Source of the DNA: a virus
DNA: 48,723 bases
IMG/VR virus record: IMGVR_UViG_3300021255_000132
Location: 1-48,723 of that record
Strand: one strand, 5' to 3'
A model generated the notes under the pieces. That model saw only the letters and a program-made list of their open reading frames with translations, was not told the origin of the DNA and ran no database searches. A program made the position numbers and the translations under genes. Positions 40,713 through 48,723 of this stretch are shown in pieces (positions within the stretch are counted from its first letter, which is position 1; every line of letters begins with the position of its first letter).

Positions 40713-41864
40713 TTACTTGCCATTAGCAATGTTCACAATCTCATCAATGGCAGCCTGCTTTTCATCAGCCGTGGGAGCACTTGCCGTTACACCTTCAGCG
40801 CCAGACTGCAGATTGTCTTCGATGATGTTCTTGATAGCCGTCACAGCGTTATCCTTCGGTTCTTCTTTGCGAGCCTCAGCAACAGCATCAATGTAGGGCT
40901 TGATTTCATCAGCCGTCTGGCCGTTTGCTTTTGCCGTGTTGATAATGCCGTCAACAACCTTGTCACCGGTCAGCATAGCTTCCAGGTTGCCGATACGATT
41001 GCGCTCTGCTTTTACGGCATCTTCGATGCTCTGATTGGTTGCTGCCGGTTCCGGCTTGTCACTGATGCCCAGCTTGTCAGCAATCTTCTGCAAGAGGGTT
41101 GTGGTTTCCTGATTTTCCATAGTCTTTTTTCCTCCTTTTGGCTTTGTGGTGGTATGATTTGTCGGTGTCTGACGCCGATTCAGAATCTCCTTCACTTTCT
41201 CGCCATGTTTGAACTTCGCCAAATCGCACGACACACTATTCATAATCAGCATATTGCCGCTTATGTTGTCTTCGATAGGCGTTTCTTGGTCAATGACATC
41301 TACAAAGCCGTAGTCTAACGCTTCCTGCGCTGTAAGCCACGATTCTGCATCCATCATGGATTTGATATCGTCTGCCCCAACTTTGCCGCCTGTGCGCTTT
41401 AAGTAGACATTTACGATGGTATCTCGTACAGTGTCCAGCTTGTCAGCGGTCTTGCGCATTTCCTCAGCGTTGCCCACAGCAAAAGTCAGCGGATTATGAA
41501 TCATGTACAGGGCATTTTCCGGCATAACAACCGTATCGCCTGCACATGTGACGATTGTCGCCGCGCTGGCACTCAATCCGTCAATCTTGACCGTGACTGC
41601 CCCAGGATAATCACGGAGCTTGTTATAAATCGCCTGCGCTGCAAATACATCGCCGCCCGGACTGTTGATTCGCAAAGTTAAGGGCTTGCCACCCAGTTCC
41701 GCCAGCGCATCCGCGAATTGTTTTGGCGCAGTATCGTCATTGAACCACTGTTCAGCTACGATTTCCCCATAAATCAGAAGTTCGGCGGTTTCTTCCTCGG
41801 CTTTGTTCGTCACCTTCCAAAATTTCGTCATCGTTGTCGGTGCCGTCGTTTTCTTGTTGTTCAT
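40713..41864 (-). CDS. ClpP/S49-family head maturation protease fused to a scaffold-like C-terminus (383 aa)
   Basis: RINSPGGDVFAAQAIYNKLRDYPGAVTVKIDGLSASAATIV. ATG at 41864 lies 6 nt after GGAGGTG. The start is 113 nt inside the portal ORF. Confidence 0.8.
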   Translation of the reverse strand: MNNKKTTAPTTMTKFWKVTNKAEEETAELLIYGEIVAEQWFNDDTAPKQFADALAELGGKPLTLRINSPGGDVFAAQAIYNKLRDYPGAVTVKIDGLSASAATIVTCAGDTVVMPENALYMIHNPLTFAVGNAEEMRKTADKLDTVRDTIVNVYLKRTGGKVGADDIKSMMDAESWLTAQEALDYGFVDVIDQETPIEDNISGNMLIMNSVSCDLAKFKHGEKVKEILNRRQTPTNHTTTKPKGGKKTMENQETTTLLQKIADKLGISDKPEPAATNQSIEDAVKAERNRIGNLEAMLTGDKVVDGIINTAKANGQTADEIKPYIDAVAEARKEEPKDNAVTAIKNIIEDNLQSGAEGVTASAPTADEKQAAIDEIVNIANGK

Positions 41865-43440
41865 TCTTTTCACCTCCCTTCTCGCCAGTTGCATCAGGCA
41901 GGCCAAGGCTTTCCCGCAAGGCTTTTTCATATGCCGCCTGTTGCAAGTTTTCCTCGTAATCCGAGCCGGTCATTTCTGCCGCCTCGCGTTCACCGGTGCT
42001 AAGTCCGGACTGCACGCGAAGGATTGAACCGTTCACGTCTTTGACAGGGTCGAGGATGCTCATTGTCGGCCCGAACCATTCCGCATTACACCATGCTTTT
42101 CGTATAGCCGGGTCGTCAAAAAAGCCGGGACAATCAATGCGGCCTAATGCCACCGCCTCAGCTAACCATATTTCATACACTGGCTGGCAGAAATCACGAG
42201 CGAACCACACCCGCCTTTGCTTATATTCATCCCAGGCTTGCAGCAGCGCCGCTCGACTGGCTGAATAACTGGAAGTAAAGTGCTTCATTAGCACTTCATA
42301 GGGCTGCCCTAAAGCCGCGCCTGTCTGTTTCACCAGCTCCTGCACAAATACGCCGAAGGTGCTCTGCGCGTTGCTGGCATCCATAGCTTTGACATCTACG
42401 CCCTGTGGCAATGCGTTAAGTGTTCCAGGGCCTAATGCATATTCATTGACATTCACTACCGGTTCATTCGGATCGCCTTGATATGAACTTACTCCGAGCA
42501 TAGAGTTCAGGTCACTCCCTGCAGCCGAGCTCGTAAAGAACAGCGCAAAGAACGTCTTGACGATAGCACTTGCCAGCTCAGCCGTAGTATAACGGCTTGT
42601 CTGTTTCAGCGTTTCGAGCACTGGCGCCAGATACGGCACGCCGCGATACTGGTCAGCCCGCGTATCATGGCAAATCTGCAAGATATTCGGCAGTCCAGTA
42701 TGGTCGCCATAGGCTTTAACACGCTGCCATTCGGTAACACCCGTCAAATCCACGCGGTCAAACGGCACCTTGTTTGATACCCAGTAGGCGACAATAGCGC
42801 CCGTTTTGTCCACTTCCACCCCTGAAACAATGCGGTTTCCCTTGGTAGGGGCGTTCATTTCTATCTGCGAAACAGTGGTAAAACCACCGCTCAGCGGATT
42901 GCTTACCCGGTTCGCTTCCAAAAGCTGGATGCGTAGAGAGTACGGATTGCTCACGTCCGGCAGTTTCCGTCTGAACAGGGCGAACGCATCGCCGTCCGTC
43001 ATGTAGGACAAGTATGCGATATGCTGCAGGTCATAAAAGTTATTGCGACGATATATGTCACAGTGCTTCGATGCCGCCCACAGCTCAAATTCGGCCCGTG
43101 TTTTCTTAATCCACTGCCGCGCTTCTTTCACGCTTATGCCCAGCTCGCTGAATTTTGGACGAGGGAACAACGTCAATCCCGTTCCGACTGCATGTGTCAC
43201 ACTTGTATTCAGTGCCGCTGCGCCGATGGGCGTGTTAATGGCCAAATCTGCTGCACGATTTCGCAGTGTATCGGCGTTCCAGTCAATATCCGACTTTGAA
43301 GACGATTTGACTGGGTTCCAGCTTTTCAGAATGTTTGACTTATGCGATGCCCCGCCCTCTGAATAGCCTGTATTTTTGATTTCAGGGCGCTCCCTGCTCT
43401 TGATTTTCCGCTTTTTGCGACTCACTCTCTCAACTCCCAT
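41752..43440 (-). CDS. Portal protein, lambda family (562 aa)
   Basis: GYSEGGASHKSNILKSWNPVKSSSKSDIDWNADTLRNRAADLAINTPIGAAALNT resembles the lambda gpB family N-terminus. It lies between the gpW-like and protease genes. Confidence 0.8.
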   Translation of the reverse strand: MGVERVSRKKRKIKSRERPEIKNTGYSEGGASHKSNILKSWNPVKSSSKSDIDWNADTLRNRAADLAINTPIGAAALNTSVTHAVGTGLTLFPRPKFSELGISVKEARQWIKKTRAEFELWAASKHCDIYRRNNFYDLQHIAYLSYMTDGDAFALFRRKLPDVSNPYSLRIQLLEANRVSNPLSGGFTTVSQIEMNAPTKGNRIVSGVEVDKTGAIVAYWVSNKVPFDRVDLTGVTEWQRVKAYGDHTGLPNILQICHDTRADQYRGVPYLAPVLETLKQTSRYTTAELASAIVKTFFALFFTSSAAGSDLNSMLGVSSYQGDPNEPVVNVNEYALGPGTLNALPQGVDVKAMDASNAQSTFGVFVQELVKQTGAALGQPYEVLMKHFTSSYSASRAALLQAWDEYKQRRVWFARDFCQPVYEIWLAEAVALGRIDCPGFFDDPAIRKAWCNAEWFGPTMSILDPVKDVNGSILRVQSGLSTGEREAAEMTGSDYEENLQQAAYEKALRESLGLPDATGEKGGEKNEQQENDGTDNDDEILEGDEQSRGRNRRTSDLWGNRS

Positions 43441-43657
43441 CTACGAATACTACCCGCTTGCTCATCCCCAGCCCCACGGGCTGTTCATCGTCGATAACCG
43501 CTCCGCCCGCTATCAAGCTGTCAATCGCCGCCCGGATACTCGATAAATTCGCCCTGGTCAGCGTTCTATTGCCGATTGTGTACGATTGACCAGTCAAAAC
43601 CGCCTTTTCAGCTTCCAGATACAGCTTTAGACGTTCATTCTGCATTGCACTTGCCAT
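43430..43657 (-). CDS. gpW-like head-tail joining protein (75 aa)
   Basis: ERLKLYLEAEKAVLTGQSYTIGNRTLTRANLSSIRAAIDSL. It lies between the large terminase and portal genes, as in lambda. Confidence 0.6.
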   Translation of the reverse strand: MASAMQNERLKLYLEAEKAVLTGQSYTIGNRTLTRANLSSIRAAIDSLIAGGAVIDDEQPVGLGMSKRVVFVDGS

Positions 43658-43742
43658 CTTTTCACCACTCTTTCATGTGTCCAAATCGGACACGTTCGCG
43701 TAAGAAAAGGGCAATGCGTTTTTACACATTGCCCTGGCAGGT

Positions 43743-45665
43743 TTACCAAATGTTTGTTTGCCGCGACGACCGACGCGAACTGCTTTTTATCCGCATCGGT
43801 TCGGCAGTTTTCTTTTCGGCCGGCTTTTCATCCCGCACTTGCGGTTGCCCATTGACTACTTCGTACATTTTCGCCCAGTCTGGGCGAATTGACTGCATGC
43901 ATGCGATGTTATACACCCGCAAATCAAGTGGCTCGTTTCTTACGCCCTGCACCTGCTCCCATGTCGTGGTGATGATGCCGTTCTTCTTGACCTTCTTTTT
44001 CTGCTCTGAAATAAGCCCTTTGAAGTAAATCTGGTCATATCCACGGATTTCCATTCCCTTGTCACCGTCCAGCGGGAAATGAAAATACTGCTCGCCCGGT
44101 TCCGTGATGGAAAGGCGGTTCATAACCTGCTGCTTCCCTTCATCTACGCCCAGCATCTGCAATGGTATTGGTATCTTCTTGCCATGTGTCAGCTTATGAA
44201 GTAGCTGCAGACCTGGGCCAGCCTGCCCTTTTATCGGGACACGCCCTTTATTCCAGTTTTTTATGCAGTAATTATACACGTCGGTCGTGTAGTGACCGCC
44301 TGAGTCGATGAACGTGCGGACAACCTGCAGTCCTGTGCCATCCGGTAGGTAGTAAGTGCGGTCAAGGACTGCATCCAGCGCTTTCCACGTCTTTGCTTTG
44401 TCCGGTGTACCGAGAACTTCGCCCTTGCTTATGCCCCAACACTCCTCAGCCATTCCCCATCCGCAAATCTCGTACTCAAGACGGTTGTCCTGCGTATCGA
44501 CTGCGGCAGTCAGCATCAAAACGCCGTTCGGCAAATCAGCTCCGTATTGTTCACGACGGCGAACAAACTGCATTTCGTCTTCGAAGGCACCGCGCTGGCG
44601 GTACGGTTCACCGAAGCGGGTATTTACGACAACCTGCTCTCGTGTCGGATCGCCTTTTGCTTCCAGCCATTCCCGCATGATTTCTGCCCATGACAGCCAT
44701 GGGCTGGAAAAGGAATTCACGAAAAAAGACCGGATGCCATTCTTGATAGCTTCCGGGTTCATTGCCGTGTATTTTGACGGGGCGTTCTTGATTTCCCGTT
44801 CCTGGAATGTATGGCCACAGTCAGGGCATACCCACTGCACACCGCTGACAACCACCATCAGCCGGCCTTGGCTGTCCTTGTGCTCAGTATAATCGGCTTT
44901 CATGTCGATATAGCGCAAAGTGTGGTACTCGCCACAGTTTGGGCACTCATACTGCCATTCCTCCTGTGTTCCAGCCAGATACTCCTTCTCGATGCGGCTG
45001 CTGCCCTCGTTGGTGGGCGTAGAAAACAGCCCCATGACTCGGTTCCAAAACGTTGTCATACGTTTTGCGGCCAAATCTACCGGATCGCCCTCGCCGCCTG
45101 CCGAATCCGGAAAGCGGTCAACCTCATCCGCTAGCAGAATTCGTACTGGACGGCTGGCCAACCCTGCTGGGGAGTTCGCCCCGCACATGATCAGGCGGCC
45201 ACCAGGGAATATCTTGGACAAGATGGTGTTATTGCCATCGTTCTGCTTCCCTGGCTTCGCTTCTTTGTCCTTGACGGTATAAAACAGGTTCGTCAGGACT
45301 GTCGTATCTCTCAGCATGGGGGCGATACGGCTCTTGGAAAAGTCTATGGCCATGTCTATCGTGGGCTGAATCATCATGATTGAGCACGGATCAAGATGCG
45401 CAAAGCGGCCAATGATGTTGTTCATCAAGTCAGATTTTCCTACCTGCGAACTACTCATGACCGCCACACGGCTGACTCCTGTCTGTGTGAAGGCGTCCAT
45501 GATGTCTTTTTGGTACGGGGCGCGACTGGTTTTCCAGCGTCCGGGCTCTGCTGAGTTGTTGGACAGGATGCGGTAATCATCCGCCCACTGGCTGACCGAT
45601 GTTTTTGGCAGTGGTTTCAGCCCTTTCCGCGAAACATACCGCCAGAGGTCAATCGGCCGCTTCAT
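43743..45665 (-). CDS. terL: Terminase large subunit, GpA type (640 aa)
   Basis: WADDYRILS...GRWKTSRAPYQKDIMDAF...VAVMSSSQVGKSDLMNN (Walker A-like) plus a Zn-ribbon CPNCGEYH...CPDCGH. ATG at 45665 lies 6 nt after GAGGAGGTGG. Confidence 0.9.
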   Translation of the reverse strand: MKRPIDLWRYVSRKGLKPLPKTSVSQWADDYRILSNNSAEPGRWKTSRAPYQKDIMDAFTQTGVSRVAVMSSSQVGKSDLMNNIIGRFAHLDPCSIMMIQPTIDMAIDFSKSRIAPMLRDTTVLTNLFYTVKDKEAKPGKQNDGNNTILSKIFPGGRLIMCGANSPAGLASRPVRILLADEVDRFPDSAGGEGDPVDLAAKRMTTFWNRVMGLFSTPTNEGSSRIEKEYLAGTQEEWQYECPNCGEYHTLRYIDMKADYTEHKDSQGRLMVVVSGVQWVCPDCGHTFQEREIKNAPSKYTAMNPEAIKNGIRSFFVNSFSSPWLSWAEIMREWLEAKGDPTREQVVVNTRFGEPYRQRGAFEDEMQFVRRREQYGADLPNGVLMLTAAVDTQDNRLEYEICGWGMAEECWGISKGEVLGTPDKAKTWKALDAVLDRTYYLPDGTGLQVVRTFIDSGGHYTTDVYNYCIKNWNKGRVPIKGQAGPGLQLLHKLTHGKKIPIPLQMLGVDEGKQQVMNRLSITEPGEQYFHFPLDGDKGMEIRGYDQIYFKGLISEQKKKVKKNGIITTTWEQVQGVRNEPLDLRVYNIACMQSIRPDWAKMYEVVNGQPQVRDEKPAEKKTAEPMRIKSSSRRSSRQTNIW

Positions 45666-46191
45666 CGGCAGCCACCTCCTCTTCGATTTCCTCATTGGTG
45701 AAGAGTTCCGGCGTGTATTCGCTCAGCTCGCTCAGCTTATCTTCGATTTCCCTGGTCATGATGCCGTAAATCTCGCCCTTTTCCTTGCCTTCCAGCTGAG
45801 GGGCCATCTTGGACGGCAGTCCTAGCAACTGCGTCCGCAGGTTTGACAGCATTTCTGTCATGACCATTTCCACGGTACGGGCATCATACACCCTAGCCTC
45901 AGCCTTGGCCAGCTTTAATTCTGCCAGTTCGCGCTTCACACGCTCATGGCGGGCTTTTTCTTCCATGAGGTCAAGGCTGTTTTCGCCATCGCCTTGAGTC
46001 GTCACGCCCTTCAGCCGGTCATAGTTCCTGGCGCTTTCCAGCAAGAACACACCTCCACGGGCATCTTTATCGTCACGAACAACCACACCCTCTTTGATTA
46101 ACTGGCTCACGCGCCCCGTCGTTACCCCGATTGCCTTGGCAAAATTCGACTGTGACACCGTGATTTTCCGTGGATCTCCTGCCACTTTCAT
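45649..46191 (-). CDS. terS: Terminase small subunit with an N-terminal HTH (180 aa)
   Basis: ITVSQSNFAKAIGVTTGRVSQLIKEGVV, a coiled coil and an acidic tail. It lies immediately upstream of terL. Confidence 0.7.
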   Translation of the reverse strand: MKVAGDPRKITVSQSNFAKAIGVTTGRVSQLIKEGVVVRDDKDARGGVFLLESARNYDRLKGVTTQGDGENSLDLMEEKARHERVKRELAELKLAKAEARVYDARTVEMVMTEMLSNLRTQLLGLPSKMAPQLEGKEKGEIYGIMTREIEDKLSELSEYTPELFTNEEIEEEVAADEAAD

Positions 46192-46394
46192 GTAACCCCT
46201 CCTTTCTGCCGGATAGCTAAACATTTCCGAGCAATTTTTGACGTACCAAATTTTTGGGCGTTAGATAAGTATTGTTTTCAGCCAGTAGACTTTCGTTTAC
46301 TTACTTAGCCATAAAAAAAATTTATGTGCAGACAAATTCCGGGCGCCGAGGGACGCGCGGCTCTTCGCTCCGGCTGAAAGAACCTATGCCCTTG

Positions 46395-46661
46395 CTACCT
46401 CACGCGCCTTATGTCCGTAGTGATGTGCTTGCCACCCTGCTTGCGGCATCCAGACCGATAAGCAGAATGCATAAGCGCCGCCGCCCGCTTAGTTGACGCC
46501 CTCCGGAACGACCGGCACCGCCGACGCACATAGTACACTTCATGCTTCACGCACAACTGACTCTCGTTGTACTCGCAGTCTTCGTTGTCGCAGTAGACCT
46601 TCAACCACCACTCACCACCTTGCTTCTGCGCATACGAAAAGAGAGCGCCAGCCTTAGCCAA
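46395..46661 (-). CDS. Possible DUF1540-like Cys-rich protein (88 aa, TTG start)
   Basis: VYCDNEDCEYNESQLCVKHEV resembles the DUF1540 repeat. The non-ATG start, weak RBS and odd basic tail keep confidence low. Confidence 0.3.
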   Translation of the reverse strand: MAKAGALFSYAQKQGGEWWLKVYCDNEDCEYNESQLCVKHEVYYVRRRCRSFRRASTKRAAALMHSAYRSGCRKQGGKHITTDIRRVR

Positions 46662-46738
46662 CGCTCTCTTGCCGAACTTCTATTTCTTTCAGGGGTGAAA
46701 TCCATGCCGCCAAATAGCTACACTTTTTCCATGTGTCT

Positions 46739-46747
46739 ATTATATCA
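46739..46747 (-). promoter_or_regulatory. Extended -10 promoter TGaTATAAT upstream of the packaging operon
   Basis: The minus strand reads ctgTGaTATAATag. No good -35 element, consistent with activator dependence. Confidence 0.45.
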
Positions 46748-46800
46748 CAGTTTTTTCACAAAGAAATTGCATCTTTTTTGCACCGGTAAATTTCACTGAG

Positions 46801-47322
46801 TCAAATCGCTTCCGCCCCGTACAAGACTATACTCATCTGGCGAATCAGTCTCTTTCTATTCCGCCATATCGTAGTCTTATCACAGTTCAACACCTCTGCG
46901 ATATCCTCCAGTTGTCTTTCTTCCAAGTAGGTCATTGTGATTATTTTATAATACGGGTCAGCCTTCACGTAGTTTATCGCGATATCCATTTCCTCCACGT
47001 TTTTGGAATCTCGATAAAGTTTTTCGGTCAAAGCAAATATCTTTTCTTGCCGCAGTTCTTCCAAATCCCGTTCCGGAGCTTTCCCACTGTTTGACTGAAA
47101 CATGATAATGTCCGCAGACTTTCCCATATCCTCATGTGCTATGTCTTTGATATCTGCTTTGTATCTCTGAATATTTGCTTTCAAAGTCGGATACGCTCGC
47201 AGACGTCTTTCAGTGGCTTGATAGAATCCCTTGTTTTGTTTTTTTCCTTCTCCGATAAGCTTACGCCCAGTTTTCTCGATGATGTCTAAAATCTGCTTTA
47301 AGTCCTTTTCCGACAATGCCAT
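46801..47322 (-). CDS. ArpU/RinA-like late transcriptional activator (sigma region-4-like HTH), 173 aa
   Basis: C-terminal YLEERQLEDIAEVLNCDKTTIWRNRKRLIRQMSIVLYG. It lies just upstream of the terminase genes. Confidence 0.65.
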   Translation of the reverse strand: MALSEKDLKQILDIIEKTGRKLIGEGKKQNKGFYQATERRLRAYPTLKANIQRYKADIKDIAHEDMGKSADIIMFQSNSGKAPERDLEELRQEKIFALTEKLYRDSKNVEEMDIAINYVKADPYYKIITMTYLEERQLEDIAEVLNCDKTTIWRNRKRLIRQMSIVLYGAEAI

Positions 47323-47587
47323 TTACTTTTCCCTCCGATACGTCCCGAAAAATTTGGCTGTTTCTTCACGGCGCTATCGGCTCTATCAATATTTTACTAT
47401 TATATAGAAGAATTGTCGAACCTTTGAAGTAAAGATTAGCATATTTATTCAAGTTTTAGTTTACCTTGTCAATGATTTTTGCTAAACATTTTTTGCCCGC
47501 AGACTCTTGTTTTTCTGTTTTTGAATCTTCCTCCGCCTTCTGCGCTTAAAGATATGTTTCCATGGCTGGATGCGGAATATCAACCGC

Positions 47588-48505
47588 TTAATCGTCAAAT
47601 GTAACTGTGGTGTCCGTTTCATTGCAATATTTACACCTCACGAATGCCCATTTCTCATTTATATCCGTCTTATAGTCTGCCCCACAATTATGGCAAGTTA
47701 CATTGCCACGTCTCCAACCTTGCGAGCGGCTCCGATTTTTATATGAAGGAACTGGCCTATAATCTTCTTCTGGTTCTTCCTGTTCCTTGTCTTCCTCTGC
47801 CAGCTTTAGTCCTTCGCTGCTGATGCAGGCCACTTGGCGCAGGTCAACTTCCCACAGGCCGCCATACTGCAATCTCATGTTTGGCAGATTACATGCAAAT
47901 GTAGGCTTATTGTGCTGACGAAATCCTACCGCCATGTTTTCGGCATCATATCTGCCCATCCACAGTTTCTGCGCCGGCGCCCCTGGTATAAACACTTCCA
48001 CAGGTATAACATCCGGTTCAGACCATTCATCCGGCTTTATGCTGTCAGCATCCGAATCTTTGCCAACTGCTTCCTTCACTATCTGTTCCCGTTGTTCCGG
48101 CGTTGACTTTTCCGGTTTTGCCATCATATCAGCCACTTCTTTCACCATGACAGCTGCCTTGGCCGCAGACTCCTTTAATTGCTTGTTGAGGTTCTTCCGC
48201 TCAGCCAGCGCCTTCAAATCAGCGACTATCTTTTCCATGTCTCCATAAGTTATTTCCATGTTTCCGTTACGCTCCTTTTCTCCTTTTTTTCTGTACTCTT
48301 TCAACTCGCAAAGACAATTTATGATAAAACCGGCATCTTCTACAGGCACCTTCAAATCGTCCACTTTCATTGTCATATCTGTATTCCCGTCCGGTGTAAC
48401 CAAGATTCTCGCGTTTTTCCTTGCTTCCATTACGGAGGCCTTCCACACCTCAATTATCATATCTAAAAAATCAATTTCTCCGTCTATCTTTACTTGCATT
48501 TTCAT
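47588..48505 (-). CDS. Hypothetical protein with a C-terminal zinc ribbon (305 aa)
   Basis: CHNCGADYKTD...CKYCNE. No other motif recognised. Confidence 0.55.
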   Translation of the reverse strand: MKMQVKIDGEIDFLDMIIEVWKASVMEARKNARILVTPDGNTDMTMKVDDLKVPVEDAGFIINCLCELKEYRKKGEKERNGNMEITYGDMEKIVADLKALAERKNLNKQLKESAAKAAVMVKEVADMMAKPEKSTPEQREQIVKEAVGKDSDADSIKPDEWSEPDVIPVEVFIPGAPAQKLWMGRYDAENMAVGFRQHNKPTFACNLPNMRLQYGGLWEVDLRQVACISSEGLKLAEEDKEQEEPEEDYRPVPSYKNRSRSQGWRRGNVTCHNCGADYKTDINEKWAFVRCKYCNETDTTVTFDD

Positions 48506-48511
48506 TGCTCC

Positions 48512-48712
48512 TTATATAGATACTTCATTAATCATTTTCAGCGCTTCATCAGCATTACATCCAAATAATTTCATTGCGAGCCGATCAGCCTCCTCCTCAG
48601 TCAATGGTCTAGGCACTATCATCATTTTATTTATTCTCCTAACCTTCTTTCTTTCACGCCTTAGAAACGTCTCATATTTCTTCCCCAGCAAGCCAATAGC
48701 TTTTACTTGCAT
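48512..48712 (-). CDS. Hypothetical small protein (66 aa); the ORF stays open across the circular junction
   Basis: The frame stays open upstream into the sequence equivalent to positions 97-190. An alternative ATG lies at the equivalent of position 114, after GGAGGA. Confidence 0.45.
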   Translation of the reverse strand: MQVKAIGLLGKKYETFLRRERKKVRRINKMMIVPRPLTEEEADRLAMKLFGCNADEALKMINEVSI

Positions 48713-48723
48713 TCCCCACCTGT
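48617..48723. repeat. Terminal overlap copy 2 (identical to 1-107)
   Basis: Read directly. This is most simply the end overlap of a circular assembly. Confidence 0.95.

Larger units (their letters stand above)
1..48723. mobile_element. Complete circular temperate phage / phage-plasmid genome (unique length 48,616 bp)
   Basis: The window contains full head, tail, lysis, lysogeny and replication modules. The two window ends carry a 107-bp identical overlap. Genes are tightly tiled, with many ATGA/TGATG overlaps and GGAGG ribosome-binding sites. Confidence 0.85.

Noticed and set aside
1-48723. The octamer GCCGCCCG (coding-strand CGGGCGGC) occurs well over a dozen times on the plus strand and almost never in the opposite orientation. 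This looks like a Chi- or KOPS-type skewed motif.
   Set aside because: In every case I checked, the motif falls in codon contexts such as GCG/ACG/CCG-GGC-GGN (Ala/Thr/Pro-Gly-Gly), or CGG-GCG-GC. Nearly all genes share one strand. The skew is therefore explained by codon preference plus frequent Gly-Gly dipeptides. A formal k-mer skew test against a codon-shuffled control would settle it.
1-48723. tRNA, rRNA, tmRNA, transposase or IS elements, and known defence systems (restriction-modification, CBASS, retron, toxin domains).
   Set aside because: Reading both strands, I found no cloverleaf-like or rRNA-like segments, no transposase motifs and no recognisable defence-enzyme motifs. The only reverse transcriptase has DGR rather than retron features: TR/VR and avd are present, and there is no msr/msd-like structured repeat directly upstream.

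Overview
The window is one complete, circularly closed temperate phage or phage-plasmid genome. Bases 1-107 are identical to 48617-48723, so the unique length is 48,616 bp. About 95% of the coding sequence is on the minus strand. Only an XRE/cI-type repressor and a large serine integrase are on the plus strand.

Modules, reading the minus strand from high to low coordinates:
- ArpU-like late activator
- Lambda-type packaging and head genes: small and large terminase (GpA type), gpW, lambda-family portal, ClpP-type protease, decoration protein, E-type capsid
- Connector genes
- P2/PBSX-type contractile tail: sheath, tube, chaperone with a T_TTT_TTA -1 frameshift site, tape measure, LysM/gpX, gpD, gpV, PAAR, gpU, gp25, gpJ, gpI, fibre
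- Complete diversity-generating retroelement (DGR)
- Lysis cassette
- Four-gene cassette of unknown function behind a perfect sigma70 consensus promoter
- Phage-borne 5' fragment of a host radical-SAM gene at the probable attP
- Integrase and repressor switch
- Early and replication region: HUH Rep, RecU-like resolvase, ParA/ParB, SSB and many tiny Cys-rich proteins

The strongest signal is the DGR. The 116-bp TR and VR differ at 14 positions, and all 14 are TR adenines on the coding strand.

All functional calls rest on motifs I recognise by eye. No database search was possible. Starts were refined by hand from RBS and overlap context.
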